A stretch of 63,238 nucleotides of DNA, the filler included, from Choristocarpus tenellus KU-1152 (lineage: Eukaryota > Protista > Phaeophyceae), in the NCBI GenBank assembly GCA_964200185.2. It is 13 parts of 13 records of this genome, joined end to end, with 100 filler letters (N's around TTAATTAATTAA, not from the genome) between each part and the next. Parts side by side here need not be neighbours in the genome. Positions count along the whole stretch, not along the records: positions 45,887 to 51,175 come from CAXNAD020011259.1; positions 51,276 to 55,201 come from CAXNAD020017105.1; positions 55,302 to 60,626 come from CAXNAD020011154.1; positions 60,727 to 63,238 come from CAXNAD020027183.1; 9 more parts are not named here. One strand, given 5' to 3'. Within the stretch, counting starts at the first letter, position 1. Every line of letters begins with the position of its first letter. The translations under genes and the position numbers were made by a program. Below the pieces are notes generated by a model that was given only the letters and a program-made list of their open reading frames with translations, made no database searches and was not told the origin of the DNA. Of the stretch, positions 50,936-63,238 are shown in pieces.

Positions 50936-51026
50936 GGGAGATGGGCAAGGAGGGCTTGTTAGATTCTTGGAATGCCTCCCTAGTTCCTCACCCTGGGGTG
51001 CAGGAATAGGTTGAAACACAAGAAGG

Positions 51027-51175
51027 GGCTCAAAGTATCTGTGAGGGGGTGGCGACTGTCCATTTGGGGTCATTTTTTTCATTTCGCAATTTTTGGCTGA
51101 TTTGGTTGCATACGTGGGATGGTTACTGTAAATGCACTTTTCCTGATTTTGACCCAAATGGACACCCTTGTGTAG
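51027..51175 (-). mobile_element. MITE family B copy truncated by contig end
   Basis: GGCTCAAAGTATCT…gtccatttgggg…ttggttgcatacgt…aaatggacacc. Confidence 0.8.
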
Positions 51176-51275
51176 NNNNNNNNNNNNNNNNNNNNNNNNN
51201 NNNNNNNNNNNNNNNNNNNTTAATTAATTAANNNNNNNNNNNNNNNNNNNNNNNNNNNNNNNNNNNNNNNNNNNN
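51176..51275. other. Artificial contig linker
   Basis: 44N-TTAATTAATTAA-44N. Confidence 0.98.
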
Positions 51276-51584
51276 CCCCCTCCCAGATACTTTGGGTCAG
51301 CACGAGAAAAGAGAAATGGTGGGGTGGAACCCGTGACACTTGAAAGTGATCCACTGACAACAGTCGCTATTACTATCGCGCTGATCCCTGCACAAGATGA
51401 CAGAGACAAGCGAGGCAATGCAGCCAGAGCTGTGGTCAAGCCTGCGCCAGATAGACCTGGAGCAGTTACCACACTTACCCCTGAAGGGGTATGTCCATTG
51501 ACTGGAGATAGCATCATTCTTGGTTACTGAGCGAGAGAAGCAGTGAGGTACCTGCCACCAAGAGGAGCAGGACATCAGCAAGAG

Positions 51585-52030
51585 CAGGAGTTAAGCCTCC
51601 ACCAGAGGGGAAAGTAGCAGCTATATCTAAGGTGCTTGCCGCAATGGTACACCTCCACAACCCCCCACTCGCCTGTAAAAGGGCTAGAGTCAAGTCTCCA
51701 ACTCCCAGTGGAGAAGAAGCCAAGCGGCCATCTCCTGAGGGGGAAACCTTGCTAGTACTGAGGTGCTTGCTGTGATGACAGACTTCTATGTCCAGCTGCT
51801 CGCCTGTGAAAAGGTTCGAGCTAAGCCTCTAACTCCTGAGGGAGAAGAAGCCAAGCGGCCAACTCATGGGGGGGAACCTTGCTAGTATTGAGGTGCTTGC
51901 TGTGATGGCAGATGTCCAGTTGCTCGCCTGTGAAAAGGTTCGAGCTAAGCCTCCAACTCCAGAGGGAGAAGGAGCCAAGCAACCAACCCTGGTAGGGGAA
52001 GGCATTGCTCTTTCCAAGGTTGTTGCCACA
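51585..52030 (+). repeat. ~125-bp coding-like degenerate tandem repeat x3
   Basis: Recurring gctaagcctccaactcc.gagggagaag..gccaagc…gaggtgcttgc.g.gatgg…ctcgcctgtgaaaagg; peptide EVLAVMAD..LLACEKVRAKPPTPEGE. Confidence 0.75.
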
Positions 52031-53206
52031 ATGGCAGACCTAGATGACTCTGGTAGGGAAGGCACCCTCGTGAGGCAGCTGATCGGCAAGGACTGCCTGC
52101 ACAAGACTGGTGAGACTGGGGGAGCTGAGCTTCAGAAGCCTCATCAAGGGAGAAAGGCCGTGGCATGTTGCCTGGGCCTTAATATTCATTTACCCCCCCT
52201 GTGCCCTCATGTTTTGCCCAACCCATTGCAGGGCAAAGTCAGGTGGAGTTACAAGCACTTCTAAGGTGCCCATCTTTGTCCACCTGGCATGGAGTGCCAC
52301 ATGTCTAACCAGGAGAGGGGATGTCAAGGCATATTGCTAAGGCTAGTCGAGCTTGAACCTCCTATCGTCCCATGTGCTGCCTGGCGCACTACTGGACTGA
52401 AAGGGGTCTACAAGTGATATTCCAGAGCTGCATGGTAGATGATTGCATCTCCAGCTCATTGTGTATGATCAGGCCTCGTGCCGACTACACATGGATCCAG
52501 GTGGCATGGTGACTCTCAAGTTTTGGGTGACCAGTACCAGCTTTGGGGTATATTGGTGCAAACCCAAGTTTTTGAGGATGGAAGAACCGGTGCATGCTGG
52601 AGGAATATTCAATCTTGATGTCAATTAAGCATTGCAATTTGATCGTGTTGATTGCTTTGTTTTTAGTATCTGTGCTTGACAGCATTACTAATGCACACCA
52701 ACAACCCTGCATTAGCTGCACGGCCAAGAAGATGCTGATCTCGGGACTGACTTTATCCTCTTCCAAGCGCATGCCTCGTCCCCTACGAGCCAGACCCGGA
52801 GATCAGGCTAAAGATAACCAACGTGAGACTCTGGGCAGCTCATGCTGGGTTGTTCTACCCTGATGTGGACTTCACTCCGTACCATTGCCACTACAATGAA
52901 GCGAAAATGGCTTCAGGAGGGCGCATTTCAGCCTGTGAGCACTTCTGAGAAAAATTCGACAACAAACCAGTGTAAGTCATTGCTCTACCACTCAACACCG
53001 ACATTTATGGTCCTATCCTAGGCACGCAAGTGGGGAGGCAGCTTGTCCTTGACGTGGCTTACCTCGCTTTAGGGGGTCCGATACATCTCGAGGGTGGTAC
53101 CGGTGAGAAGGAGGAAGACAACTCCAAATATCAGGTCTGGTTCCTGCCTGGCAAAGCGCAGGCTGCGGAGACACGTATCTTGGCGCCAGAGTAAACATGG
53201 GTTCAG

Positions 53207-53628
53207 CAACTAACAACTCTTGCATACTGACCCTACATGTATACTACAAGTTATGTGCGATACACTTGAGTCAAAGCATTTGAGAGGATAAAACATTTGC
53301 CCTGTTTGTCCGCTCGGGACTTGACTTCCCACCAGAGGGTTTATGCCCATTTTCATTTTTCGAAACATTTCGGAGTAGGTAAAGTATATACAACAATGAA
53401 AGGTGTGTCTGGAGCAAGGATATTGACACTTACTAACAAACACGATACCCAAAATTCATCAAAACTACAACATTGGATTTATGGTCCCGAACGGACACAT
53501 CCATACCCTCTTAAATGCTCTGGGTCAGTTGGGAGAGGTTTATTCGAACACCCTTCCTAGCTCAAACAACCGTGAGCAGTCACTTGATATGTACATGCGG
53601 AGTCAGCCATGCAAGAGTTATTAGTTGA
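53207..53628. mobile_element. Older ~45-bp TIR pair enclosing a MITE A insertion
   Basis: caactaacaactcttgcatactgacc.tacatgtata…caagt vs acttga.atgtacatgcggagtcagccatgcaagagttattagttg. Confidence 0.6.
53268..53526 (-). mobile_element. MITE family A, reverse orientation, TSD ACTT/AGTT
   Basis: Reverse complement of 54336-54593; degenerate TIRs. Confidence 0.85.
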
Positions 53629-54335
53629 AAAATTTTTGAATGATGGATGGATAGGAATTGACTCTATTGATCATGGTGGTTTAAGGTTGTATGGTCGCCC
53701 CCTCTGCTTAAGATAATCACTCCAATATATCAGAACTGACAAGATGTGTGCGTATCATGATATCAGTGTGAAGGGTCGAGTTTTCAGAAAAGTCGTAATA
53801 CAACTAAAACAATTATTTTTTCTTTAGATACAGATCTTTCACTGTAACTAAAGCAAATCGAACTTTCCCTTTTGGTTTGCGTGGGCACATACTAACTGCT
53901 CGAACTGGGTAAAGTGCAAGAAGCACTAAATAGGTTTTTCGCCTGTAACATTTTATACCTGCTATTCCTCAATCGCTGATGTTGTCTTGTACCAGAAGTG
54001 CAAATGATCAATGTGTTGCAACTTCTCGGATCGTTTTGCGTTGCCATGACAGGCTGTTGATTGCTCTCCCTCTTGGCTTGTCTCTCTCTTTGCCATTGCC
54101 TTCTGTCGGCTTGTTTTCATCTGTTTCACGCAAGCACCAGATTTGGGCAGTGGAATTACCAGTTCAGGTTTTTGAGGGTTTTTCACTCCTTTCCTGAGTG
54201 ATCTTCTGAGGGATTGCTCTCCCTCTTGACTTGTCTTTCTCTTTGCCCTTGCCTCCTGTGAGTCTTCCCCCTCCCTCTCCATCATTACGAACAACCTGTT
54301 GGCTTGTTTACATCTGTTTCACACAAGAACCAGAT

Positions 54336-54593
54336 GAGTCAAAGTATCTTAGAGGGTAGAGCCGCGTCCATTTAATCGCAAAATCCAATGTTGCGATTTC
54401 GATGTAATTTTGGCTATCGTGTTTATTAGGAAAGTGTCAATATCCTTGTTCCGGACACACCTTTTCCTAACGTATACATTTTACCTACTCCGAAATATTT
54501 TGGCGTAGGAAAATGCCATAAAATCCCTGAGGGAAGCCAAGCCCCAAATGGACAAACAGGGCAAAACTCGTACCCTCCAAGATACTTTCACTC
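54336..54593 (+). mobile_element. MITE family A, full length 258 bp, TSD AGAT
   Basis: TIRs GAGTCAAAGTATCTTAGAGGGTA / TACCCTCCAAGATACTTTCACTC; empty-site paralog accagatttggg at ~54136. Confidence 0.93.
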
Positions 54594-54867
54594 AGATTTG
54601 GGGAGTGGAATTACCAGATCAGGTTTTTGCGTGGAATTCAGTCAACCACTTCATTTTTGTACCTTTTGATGTTGTGACAATCACAATTGCGCAAATGTTC
54701 CATTAAGTTTTTTCAATTTTTTGATCGGGACATAGCACCCGTTTCCCGAAGCCTGGACATTTGTACAGTAGGTTACTCGATTTTGTTCACCCATGGGCAT
54801 GCCCGAAAAAAGAGGAACAAAATTGATTTGGTACAAAATATGATTTTGTATCACTTGGTACAAAACC

Positions 54868-55175
54868 GGGGAATCAATCGTCGAATCGACTAACAATCGT
54901 GGCATTCCTGGGAAATCAATCGTCGAATCGACTAATTATTCGTGGCATTCCTGGGAAATCAATCGTCAAATCGACTAATTAATCGTGGCGAGCTGGGAAA
55001 TCAATCGTGGAATCGACTAAATAATAGTGGTGCGCTAGAAAATCAATCGTCGAAGCGACTAATTAATCGTAGTGAGCTGGAAAATCAATCACCGAAGCGA
55101 CTAATTAATCATGGTGAGCTGGGAAATCAATCGTTGAATCGACTAATTGATCGTGGTGAGCTGGGAAATGAATCA
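54868..55175 (+). repeat. 42-bp tandem repeat, about 7 units
   Basis: gggaaatcaatcgtcgaatcgactaattaatcgtggcgagct; unit starts 54910, 54953, 54995, 55037, 55079, 55121, 55163. Confidence 0.93.
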
Positions 55176-55201
55176 TAAGCTTCATGGATAGGATGGAAAC
55201 G

Positions 55202-55301
55202 NNNNNNNNNNNNNNNNNNNNNNNNNNNNNNNNNNNNNNNNNNNNTTAATTAATTAANNNNNNNNNNNNNNNNNNNNNNNNNNNNNNNNNNNNNNNNNNN
55301 N
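55202..55301. other. Artificial contig linker
   Basis: 44N-TTAATTAATTAA-44N. Confidence 0.98.
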
Positions 55302-55552
55302 GTACAGTGATTTAGAGTACGTTTTGGCAGATTTTCTTACAACATCGCATGCCAGCCTCCATATATGTATGGATGTGTACAGGATTGCACCTTTTACCTT
55401 ACCAGCAAGTGTGCTGGCTGAAAGTCATCAGAGAGGCTTCTCAGCAGTGCAGCACTAGCTTACTCCCGAACTGGACAATACACAAATTGGTAGATGATCA
55501 CCCCACAAATACTCCTTATTGCAAGGGGGATCAACATATTTCTTCTCCCCAC

Positions 55553-58500
55553 CTGGTCATCATAATCATCATCATACTCCCTTGACAAAATCCAAGCATC
55601 CATCTCAGCTTCCCTCTCCAGTGCCAATTGACGTTGGCCTTCCTTAGCCGCAAGCTCCTTGTCTACACGGTATGCCTTGTCTAGATCCCCCTTCTTGCCC
55701 TATCCCACAGGAAGCGAGGGGGGGGGGGGAAGCATAGTAGTAGCAAATATTCGAGCAACAGAATAGTGTACTTGTATTGACCCCAACCTTAAAAATAGCC
55801 ATACAAGCTCTTTCCCCCCCTCTCTCTCTCTCTCAATATAGTTGTATTCCTTCAACAAAGTATATGATCGATCAATTCCCATGACACTTTAAGTTTGATC
55901 TCAGTGGTTTCATGCAAGGCAAAGAATAGGGGAACAAGGGAAGGTTTGAGGGGTTTACAATTATGTCACCACATAGAGTGTAAATTGAATCATAATACAT
56001 GGAAACAATATTTCTATAACAAATTATGACATAAAATCCAACAGGGAACACAGTGCATCATGGGCAGTTACAGATAATGTTTCGACCCCTTTGAAAGAAG
56101 GGACACAACATATCATCACAGGTGCAACAAGCACAGTCAGCCTCGATAAGGCATGCTCCAAAACACTGAATTTAGTCATACCTCCCACACAGGAGAACTT
56201 CCTGTCACAAAAATGGAAACAATAACTCATCCTTTATTGACAAAAAAACTTTCTAACCTCTTTCAATATTTGGCAACATATTGTTCAAAAACATTAAAAA
56301 AAGCCCCAACTAATTTCTACACGAGAGTAAAGGTTATATTTCATATCAAGATTTAGTTTTAAAAAGTCAACAGGCTCCTAGGTGATAAGGAACAGCCCTT
56401 ACTCTGCCCAATTCCGTCTCAATCTTCCCCACCTCCTCCCCCTCCCAATCTCCTTGACGGCAAACATCCAAAAAACCCTCACTCTCTGATTTCAAGCCCT
56501 TTGGCATTACCTCGCAGACCCCAAACTTATCGCACAAAAGTGACATTCCAAGTGCCGGTACAAAGCCCAAGCTCATGTATGATTCTCACTGATCACATTT
56601 AATCCCTGTCTTCAAATCTACACACCAAGTATAGTGGCATTTGAGATTACTGCCTTTTTCCAAGCCCTTGTGGACAAACCTCTACCTTGAATGTTTTACA
56701 TTACTCCCTGGACCAGTCCCTGGACCTATGAGGCTATGAACTACAAATAACAATTTAGTACTACATACTTTGCATTAAATCTACATGTACATATATCCAA
56801 CGTTATGCTTCAAAGTATCAGTCATGACCTCTTAAACACAAAAAACCCCTATAATCATAAACAGTACAAAAAGAAACACCACAAACACACATACACAAAC
56901 AAATACACAGATTTATTGAAAAATGTGCTGAAAAAACTAACACAACACCATCAGATGCAATCAATGGCTTGATCAACCAAAAGTATGGAGTACACTGTGA
57001 CTGGATAAACAATACGAACACCGCATTGTACTACCTTCTAGTCCAAATGCAAAGCAATGAAGCACAAAGATTGCCTGACATGCACCTCTCAACCAAGGCC
57101 TCACCTTCCAGGCACGCCTGAGACCTCGTTCAAGACTAGCCACCTGGGGTGGAAGTCTCCCCTCAATAAACGCCTCCACAACAGCCTACTTTGCGATTGG
57201 AAGCGAAATAAGGGAGACATGTGAGAGTGGAATGGGCAATGACAAAACAACTATGCAAGATTGCAGGTTATTATCACTTACACGGCATGAGCTTATAATA
57301 CACTGTGGAGTGGGAAGGACAAGGCTTTAGTGCAAAAACTCTCTGAATCAATGCTCAGCGTAAAGGGGACTTGACCTGTGGTGACCATCCCAGACACGAC
57401 AAGCATGCCTCCACAAAGCCCTCTCCCAGACCACCCTCCTCCCCAGGCCCACCCAGTACTGACTGCACAGCCTCCACAAGCTGCTCCAACTCCTCAGGGT
57501 CTTTTGGCCGCCCTCTAAGCTGACTAGTTTCTGCACTTGATCCTTCTGATGCCCTTGCCCCCCCCAAAACAGTTGTTTCCTGAGCACTAGCTGGCAACAC
57601 CTTCCCACCGCCCACTTCACGAGAAGAAGAGGGAAGGTCTCGAAGGAGATCTGTCAGGTACTTTGCCCGGTCAGGGTCCAGCTCCCCTTCTCCTTCCCCT
57701 GCCTTCCCCTCAAGGGCCACAGCAAGGTGAAACTGCTGACTATACTCTCCCAACAAGCCACCAGTGAGACCCTGTGGGGCAAGTCCCTCTGATGTGGTTG
57801 AAAGAGAGGAGAGAAACACGAACAAGCCATCTGCCTTATCACACACACATACACACACACACATACATTGGGGGGTGGGGGAGGCAAAGGGAAGATGAAG
57901 AGCGACATAGTTAAAACATTAATCCAACTATAATTATGACATTTATATGAGGTTTTGTACATTACAGGAAAAACTTGAGCATCAATGGGAGGAACAAGGG
58001 GTCACAATGGCATTGGCGAGGGGATATGTTTGAGTCGTGCATCATCCTTGAGGTTCTAGAGATAGTACAAACTGGAACAGGGATAAGAGAAAATGAGAAA
58101 ATGATGGTGGTATCAGACTGCACTCTGAAATGCATCACAACAATAAAATTCCATCCCAGAACCTCATGGGGTATATCTCCAAGGAGGTTGGTTTTGATGC
58201 TGGAAGACAAAGCACATAGTGCACTCGTAATCACACCTGGCATGAGCACCATAATTGAGCAGCCATTTCCTCTCACCACAAAGGGGTACAAGAATGATGC
58301 CCAATGCAAGGGCCAATATATAAATATTCATATCGAAAAAAATTGCTATCCCACTTTAGTAGTTGCTACTGTCTGTTGTACTTTGTAGGTTGCATGAACC
58401 AGTACAACAGTATCAAGTACTACATACTGAACTAAAATATTACCCTACATTAAAAGAACAGCACGGTTAACATTTGAATTTGTAGCGATAACCACAGGAC

Positions 58501-60472
58501 AAAACCAAAGACATTGTTTATGGGATGGAACAGATAGGACCAAGTGAGTTGAGTACAGCAGAGCAACGGATTATCAAGAGGTTAATCACCTCACTGTTCA
58601 GCATGCCCTAAGAAGGTGTTTCCACTCAGCAGAAGGATGACAATCTCTCATGGCCATGTCAGGGACTCCAACAATTTACATTAATCAACCTCATCAGAAC
58701 CAGGTTGGTTCTCCTGGTATCCCCCTAAACCGTTTCCCTAATCTAGAATACCATCTTAACATTACACTATATAGCATCAATAGTACATTTACTGCCACTA
58801 TTGGGATACAAATTTCCTCATACAAATATTGGATCTTTCTGCTACCTCCCCACCCCCCCCCAAAAAAAAAAAATCCCCCCCAAATGAGATCTTGCCTGCT
58901 ACAGCGGCGTGTGAAACCATCCCACTCCCTCCTTCGCCCCCCTTCCAAGACTTTCCAGCCTTGACACCTTCCACAAGCTTTCCTCTTTGTTTTTGCTGCA
59001 GGTCCCCTGGATGTCTCATCAGGTCCGGTAGGCCCAACGGCTCCAGAAAAACAGGTGATATCATGCTGTGCAAGCAGCGAAGGAGCCACTGCTGCCCCGC
59101 ATGCACACGAGCCTGATTTGCAAATGTGACCTCTGGTGTGGGTGGAGTCTGGCAGTGTATACATACGTATGCATATAGGTGTGTGCATGTATACACAATT
59201 GATACGGTACATGATGAATCCTATTGTGGGTCTACGTATCCTGCACACGAACATTGAGGTGTTCTTCTATTCTACATATAGTAGTGTAGCATTTAGTCGC
59301 CTGTGTATGTATGTGCACATCTATCTATGCACCTCTTGGTGCTGGCAGGCATGCATCGGACTACCATTGGGACGCACAAGACACACCTTTGAACCGATTG
59401 CTCCCCTTTTTATGTTATCCTTGGGGTTGATGCGTCCAGAATAAGCTGACTGTTTGCACAGTCTATGAAAACAGATATCGGGATTGACAATGAAGATACC
59501 CTCTACTTCTAAAATCTACTTCGGTATAACAACTCCGCAAGACCACTCAGAGAAAGAAGGGGCTTACAACCAATCAGAAGGGAAGAGGGCACAGACAGGA
59601 GTATCTAGGTTCGCCCTCGCTATTTCATGTCAGAACTTGGAGCTCAGTCGAACCTTGGCATCATGAGCAGCCCACATGCCAAATCCCATTAAGTAGGACA
59701 GAGACCCAATTGATATACTTAAGCTTAGCTAATCAGTCAAAATAAGGAGAAAGGTAGTTGAATATGCCCGCACTATGATCTGATTATCTGAAAGAGCAAT
59801 ACCCTCCCCTGTTCAGGTTTTATACCAGGGAGCACAATTCATGGTGTGTATTTCAACTGATCGATATTGTACTTCAGATTATGCTTTTCAAAACACTACG
59901 AAGTAAGCCGTTACAGCTTAGTGGCACATTTAATGACATAACTGGAACTCTCTCAACACGGTCAAAACACTTCACTTGAACATTATCCATTCAACAGCAC
60001 AGTCAGACACATAGCACCAACCCACTTTCTTACCTTAGGTTGTACAACATATACTGAGGCAACAAATCTAACAATTAAGAAGTACCTAGGGGGAGGGTTA
60101 TACCAGATTAGTCCCCTTACACACCTTCAACCTTGCTTGTAGCACACCTTCAAGTTCCGGCAATGTAGCCTCAAATGTCAATGCCAGGGCTGCTGAAAAA
60201 CTCTCTGGGGCAATTACCCCTCCCACATCTTGGGCCCTTAATGCCAGAGGCCCCAACATGCCAGGCCCCCAACCCACCCCTGTACCTCCATTTCCATCTC
60301 CAGTAGGAGGGGGCTGGCACAAACACAGCACTGCTGTCAAAGTGGCAGATATGTCAATGATGGCAGCGAGAAGGTCTTCTGCCTCTTCCAAAACCAATGT
60401 TGCCCCATTCCCTTCCCCCATCAATTTAGATTTGGAAGCTTCTGGTTCTTGAGATCTTGTCGCACTCGCCAC
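55553..60472 (-). CDS. ASCC2: Activating signal cointegrator 1 complex subunit 2 (CUE domain), internal exons 60472-60125, 59148-58896, 57830-57376, 57185-57105, 55699-55553
   Basis: VEAVQSVLG…LGEGFVEACLSCLGWSPQ|AVVEAFIEGRLPPQVASLER (ASCC2-type CUE) followed by …SREYDDDYDDQ (YDDxYDD motif); exons join in phase. Confidence 0.85.
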
Positions 60473-60626
60473 CTCCTCTCACAGTATTGATATTGATTTT
60501 GTGTATTTTTTATTTCATGGGAGAGTTAAGTTGTTGGGTAAGGCTTGGGATATACCATGGGGGGGGGGGTTAGTCCAGTGTTTGTCATGCGGATGGTGGA
60601 GAATAAGAGGACAGTGCAATCTATAG

Positions 60627-60726
60627 NNNNNNNNNNNNNNNNNNNNNNNNNNNNNNNNNNNNNNNNNNNNTTAATTAATTAANNNNNNNNNNNNNNNNNN
60701 NNNNNNNNNNNNNNNNNNNNNNNNNN
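60627..60726. other. Artificial contig linker
   Basis: 44N-TTAATTAATTAA-44N. Confidence 0.98.
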
Positions 60727-62346
60727 CTGTAGCCGTGTATTATTTTGATTAAAATCCAAAGAAAACGAGTGTGACAGGAGAGAAAACAAGTGGGTAACCT
60801 GTGTGTCACATGTCCTTGTCTTTCTCCTGAGTAGGATTTCAGTTTGGAAGTACATCCTCGTGAAGACTTCTGAACTATCTGACGTCAATCAACATAGATG
60901 ACGCTCGCGTAAACTTTATATATGAATTGTTTGCTCTAATGTACACATCTGAACTGAAAAGCATAGTCTGGAATACCCCAGCAGTCAGTATGTCAGGTGT
61001 CAGGTATATCTATCTTTGGTAGGGGGAAACATTGGCGCTTCTTGTCCAGTCAAGAATCACTATATAATACTCTGACCAGTGAGATACATTTGTTGCAAAG
61101 CTTCGTGAACAAAGGCTCATCGTCAAGATCTGTTGCTCGATATCTCGGGTAAACAAGCACACTGAACATCGATTAGATTATGTGGTGACACCTGTGTCAT
61201 TGTACCACTGATGCAGTTAGCAATCTGACTCATCATACCACAACGTACGGCTCTACTATATGTTGTACCGAAAAATACATAGACGCACATGAAACTGTCA
61301 CACTGTATAATACGCTTGTACCGGCACACACCACATTAGCGTAACACTAGTTCCTGCAACGTTGAAGAACTGGAGATTAGGTTCCTTATACTGCTATACA
61401 ATGGCATGACCACTGCATCAACACCCCCTCCCCTCGATACTTTAGTCACCCAACAGATGTGTCTTACAGTCATACTATAGAGGTGAAATTTGTTGAAGAC
61501 CATCCCTTTTTGTCACAGGCACATTGGTTGGTCATGGTTCCATCACTTACATTTTTTTGTCGCATCGCGGGAACGGAAGTATCATTGCAGGCACGTGCCC
61601 GTCAGGCGTCAGCAAAGAGGGTGATGCATCCATTATCAAGTGTGTGTGAGTGGCCAAGTACATAGGCAAAACATAGTTTGTCGACAAGGACCTGGACGCT
61701 CAGGTGCAGGGGAGACTCAATGAGAGCATAGAATTATGGAAAAAATCTCCTTCCTTGGTTGTCAACTGGGCACTTCTACCAAAATATGTGACTTGTGCAC
61801 TCTCCTCAATTTATCTACAGACAAGGTGGGGGACCACAAAACCTTCAAATCGTATGCTGCAATGCTCAAGGTGTGCCATTCCGGCGTTAGTATCAGGTGG
61901 GACACATGGCAGTCTCCACTTCCTACATTCTCACTGAAGTTTTCCACTTATCACACACACATCTTGCATACATAATATCACCTCATTACGAACATTTGTG
62001 AGCACACCGAACATACTCTGCATCCTATATTTCATCTCGTTCCTGAGAGTTAAGATTCTTTACCCAATTTGCTCTTGTGCGACTTGGCTTTTATGTTTCC
62101 ATTCATGTCTGCATGGGGTAGTGACGATAACAGTTAATGAAGACATACTGGTAATCAAGTACACATCATCGTATATACTTATATTGTTCCTATTCTCTTG
62201 CATCACAACATCACAGTTAAGAATTCCTCTTAGGATGTCAATTGTTTTGTAAACTACTCATAATATGCCTTTTTCATCACAGGCCATCTAATATATTGTT
62301 GAAAATACCATTCCTCGAACGATTTAGCTCACACCCCCCGTGACTA

Positions 62347-62570
62347 CCTGTCATGCATGCCCACCACTCTCACAGGAAATGGGGAGCTTAAAGTCTTCAT
62401 CCTTTGCACTGCTACTATCCCAGCCGCAAAAGAAGACTGGACACACAACAGTGACAAGAACAAGACCTACCTGCTGCACGTTTCAAGATTGACAAGACGG
62501 ATCTCGCGCAGCACATCACCCTCTGCACCCTCTCCAGTCTCGGTGGAAGCCACACCATCACCCTTCTTTT
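62347..62570 (-). CDS. Possible exons of an unidentified gene
   Basis: KGDGVASTETGEGAEGDVLREIRLVNLETCS|gtaggt; frame joins not resolved. Confidence 0.3.
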
Positions 62571-63238
62571 GAAAAATTGAACATGCAAACTCCTGGTATT
62601 TTGCCCTCACTTAACATTTCCCATCCAACTTACCAAAACTAGCAATACCAATAAAGGTGATTCTCTCACAACCTTTATTACTCAAAGTGCTACGTTCGTT
62701 ACATCTGTCTGTGCACACTCCACGCCATGTAGGCTCACGATAAAATACAATTCAGTGTTACAAAGTATCGAGTTAAACTGAGTCTGATCTTTCCTTCTCT
62801 GAAGAAATAGTTGCACCTTTTAACATGTTGAACACGCCTTTAGTGAGTGGGCGAAACTACCTGTCTGTCTCGCATACAAAAACACTACTTCGAACAATAT
62901 TTTGGAGAATGAGGTAGGTTTATCGTATTCGCTAAAAATTACTGATAAAAGAGCTGCCGTGAGGATGTGCATTCTGACTTTAAAATGGTCACTAAAGAAA
63001 CGTCGCTTAAGCAATGGAGGGATGAAGTCCTTTGTGGAATTCCTCTCAGTTTCACCTATTCTAGGGTTGTGTTTGACGGATACCTGGTGTTGAAATGTCT
63101 TACGGACTGACTCTTCGCGAGGAACCCGTTGGTGGCTACCCTCACTCTGATTCGTCCTTTGGGAGGATATCGTTGAAGCGAGTGTACACATCGTCACTAT
63201 TACTGTTCTCTGTGGCGCTAAAGTTCTCACGCTTCAAC

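Noticed and set aside
51027-51298. One MITE B spanning the linker, implying contigs 10 and 11 are adjacent
   Set aside because: Flanks AAGG and AGCA do not form a TSD, and many contigs start or end with such MITE halves
54868-55175. CRISPR array
   Set aside because: Contiguous tandem units without unique spacers; eukaryotic context; no cas genes
8040-60472. Functional gene cluster of MPI, carboxypeptidase, GDI and ASCC2
   Set aside because: The genes are on separate concatenated contigs and are ordinary housekeeping genes
62347-62570. Tubulin cofactor C-like domain (IRLVNLETCS)
   Set aside because: The following exons lack the expected GPVxGS / CQQLRIH motifs

Overview
Eukaryotic, intron-rich draft-genome sequence. 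It is 13 short contigs joined by an artificial 100-nt linker (44 N + TTAATTAATTAA + 44 N), so adjacency across linkers carries no biological meaning. GT-AG introns, abundant interstitial TTAGGG, poly-G/C tracts and the gene sequences suggest a stramenopile, possibly a brown alga (inference). Four spliced gene fragments are recognisable: type I mannose-6-phosphate isomerase (3 exons, -), the C-terminus of an S10 serine carboxypeptidase (+), Rab GDP-dissociation inhibitor (5 exons, +) and ASCC2 with its CUE domain (5 exons, -). Several uncharacterised multi-exon genes are also present, one with weak SNAPC3-like motifs and an AT-hook. The remainder is mobile DNA and repeats: two related MITE families with shared termini and 4-bp target-site duplications (Sola-like), a 365-bp hairpin element with a CCAT TSD, further TIR pairs, a decayed Tc1/mariner transposase, CRE-like non-LTR 3' fragments, a twice-seen unidentified coding repeat and many minisatellites. 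I found no prokaryotic system and no CRISPR array. The best candidates for something undescribed are the Sola-like MITE families, the multicopy unidentified coding module (1.6-2.1 kb and 45.3-45.8 kb) and the alternating-orientation repeat cluster upstream of MPI.
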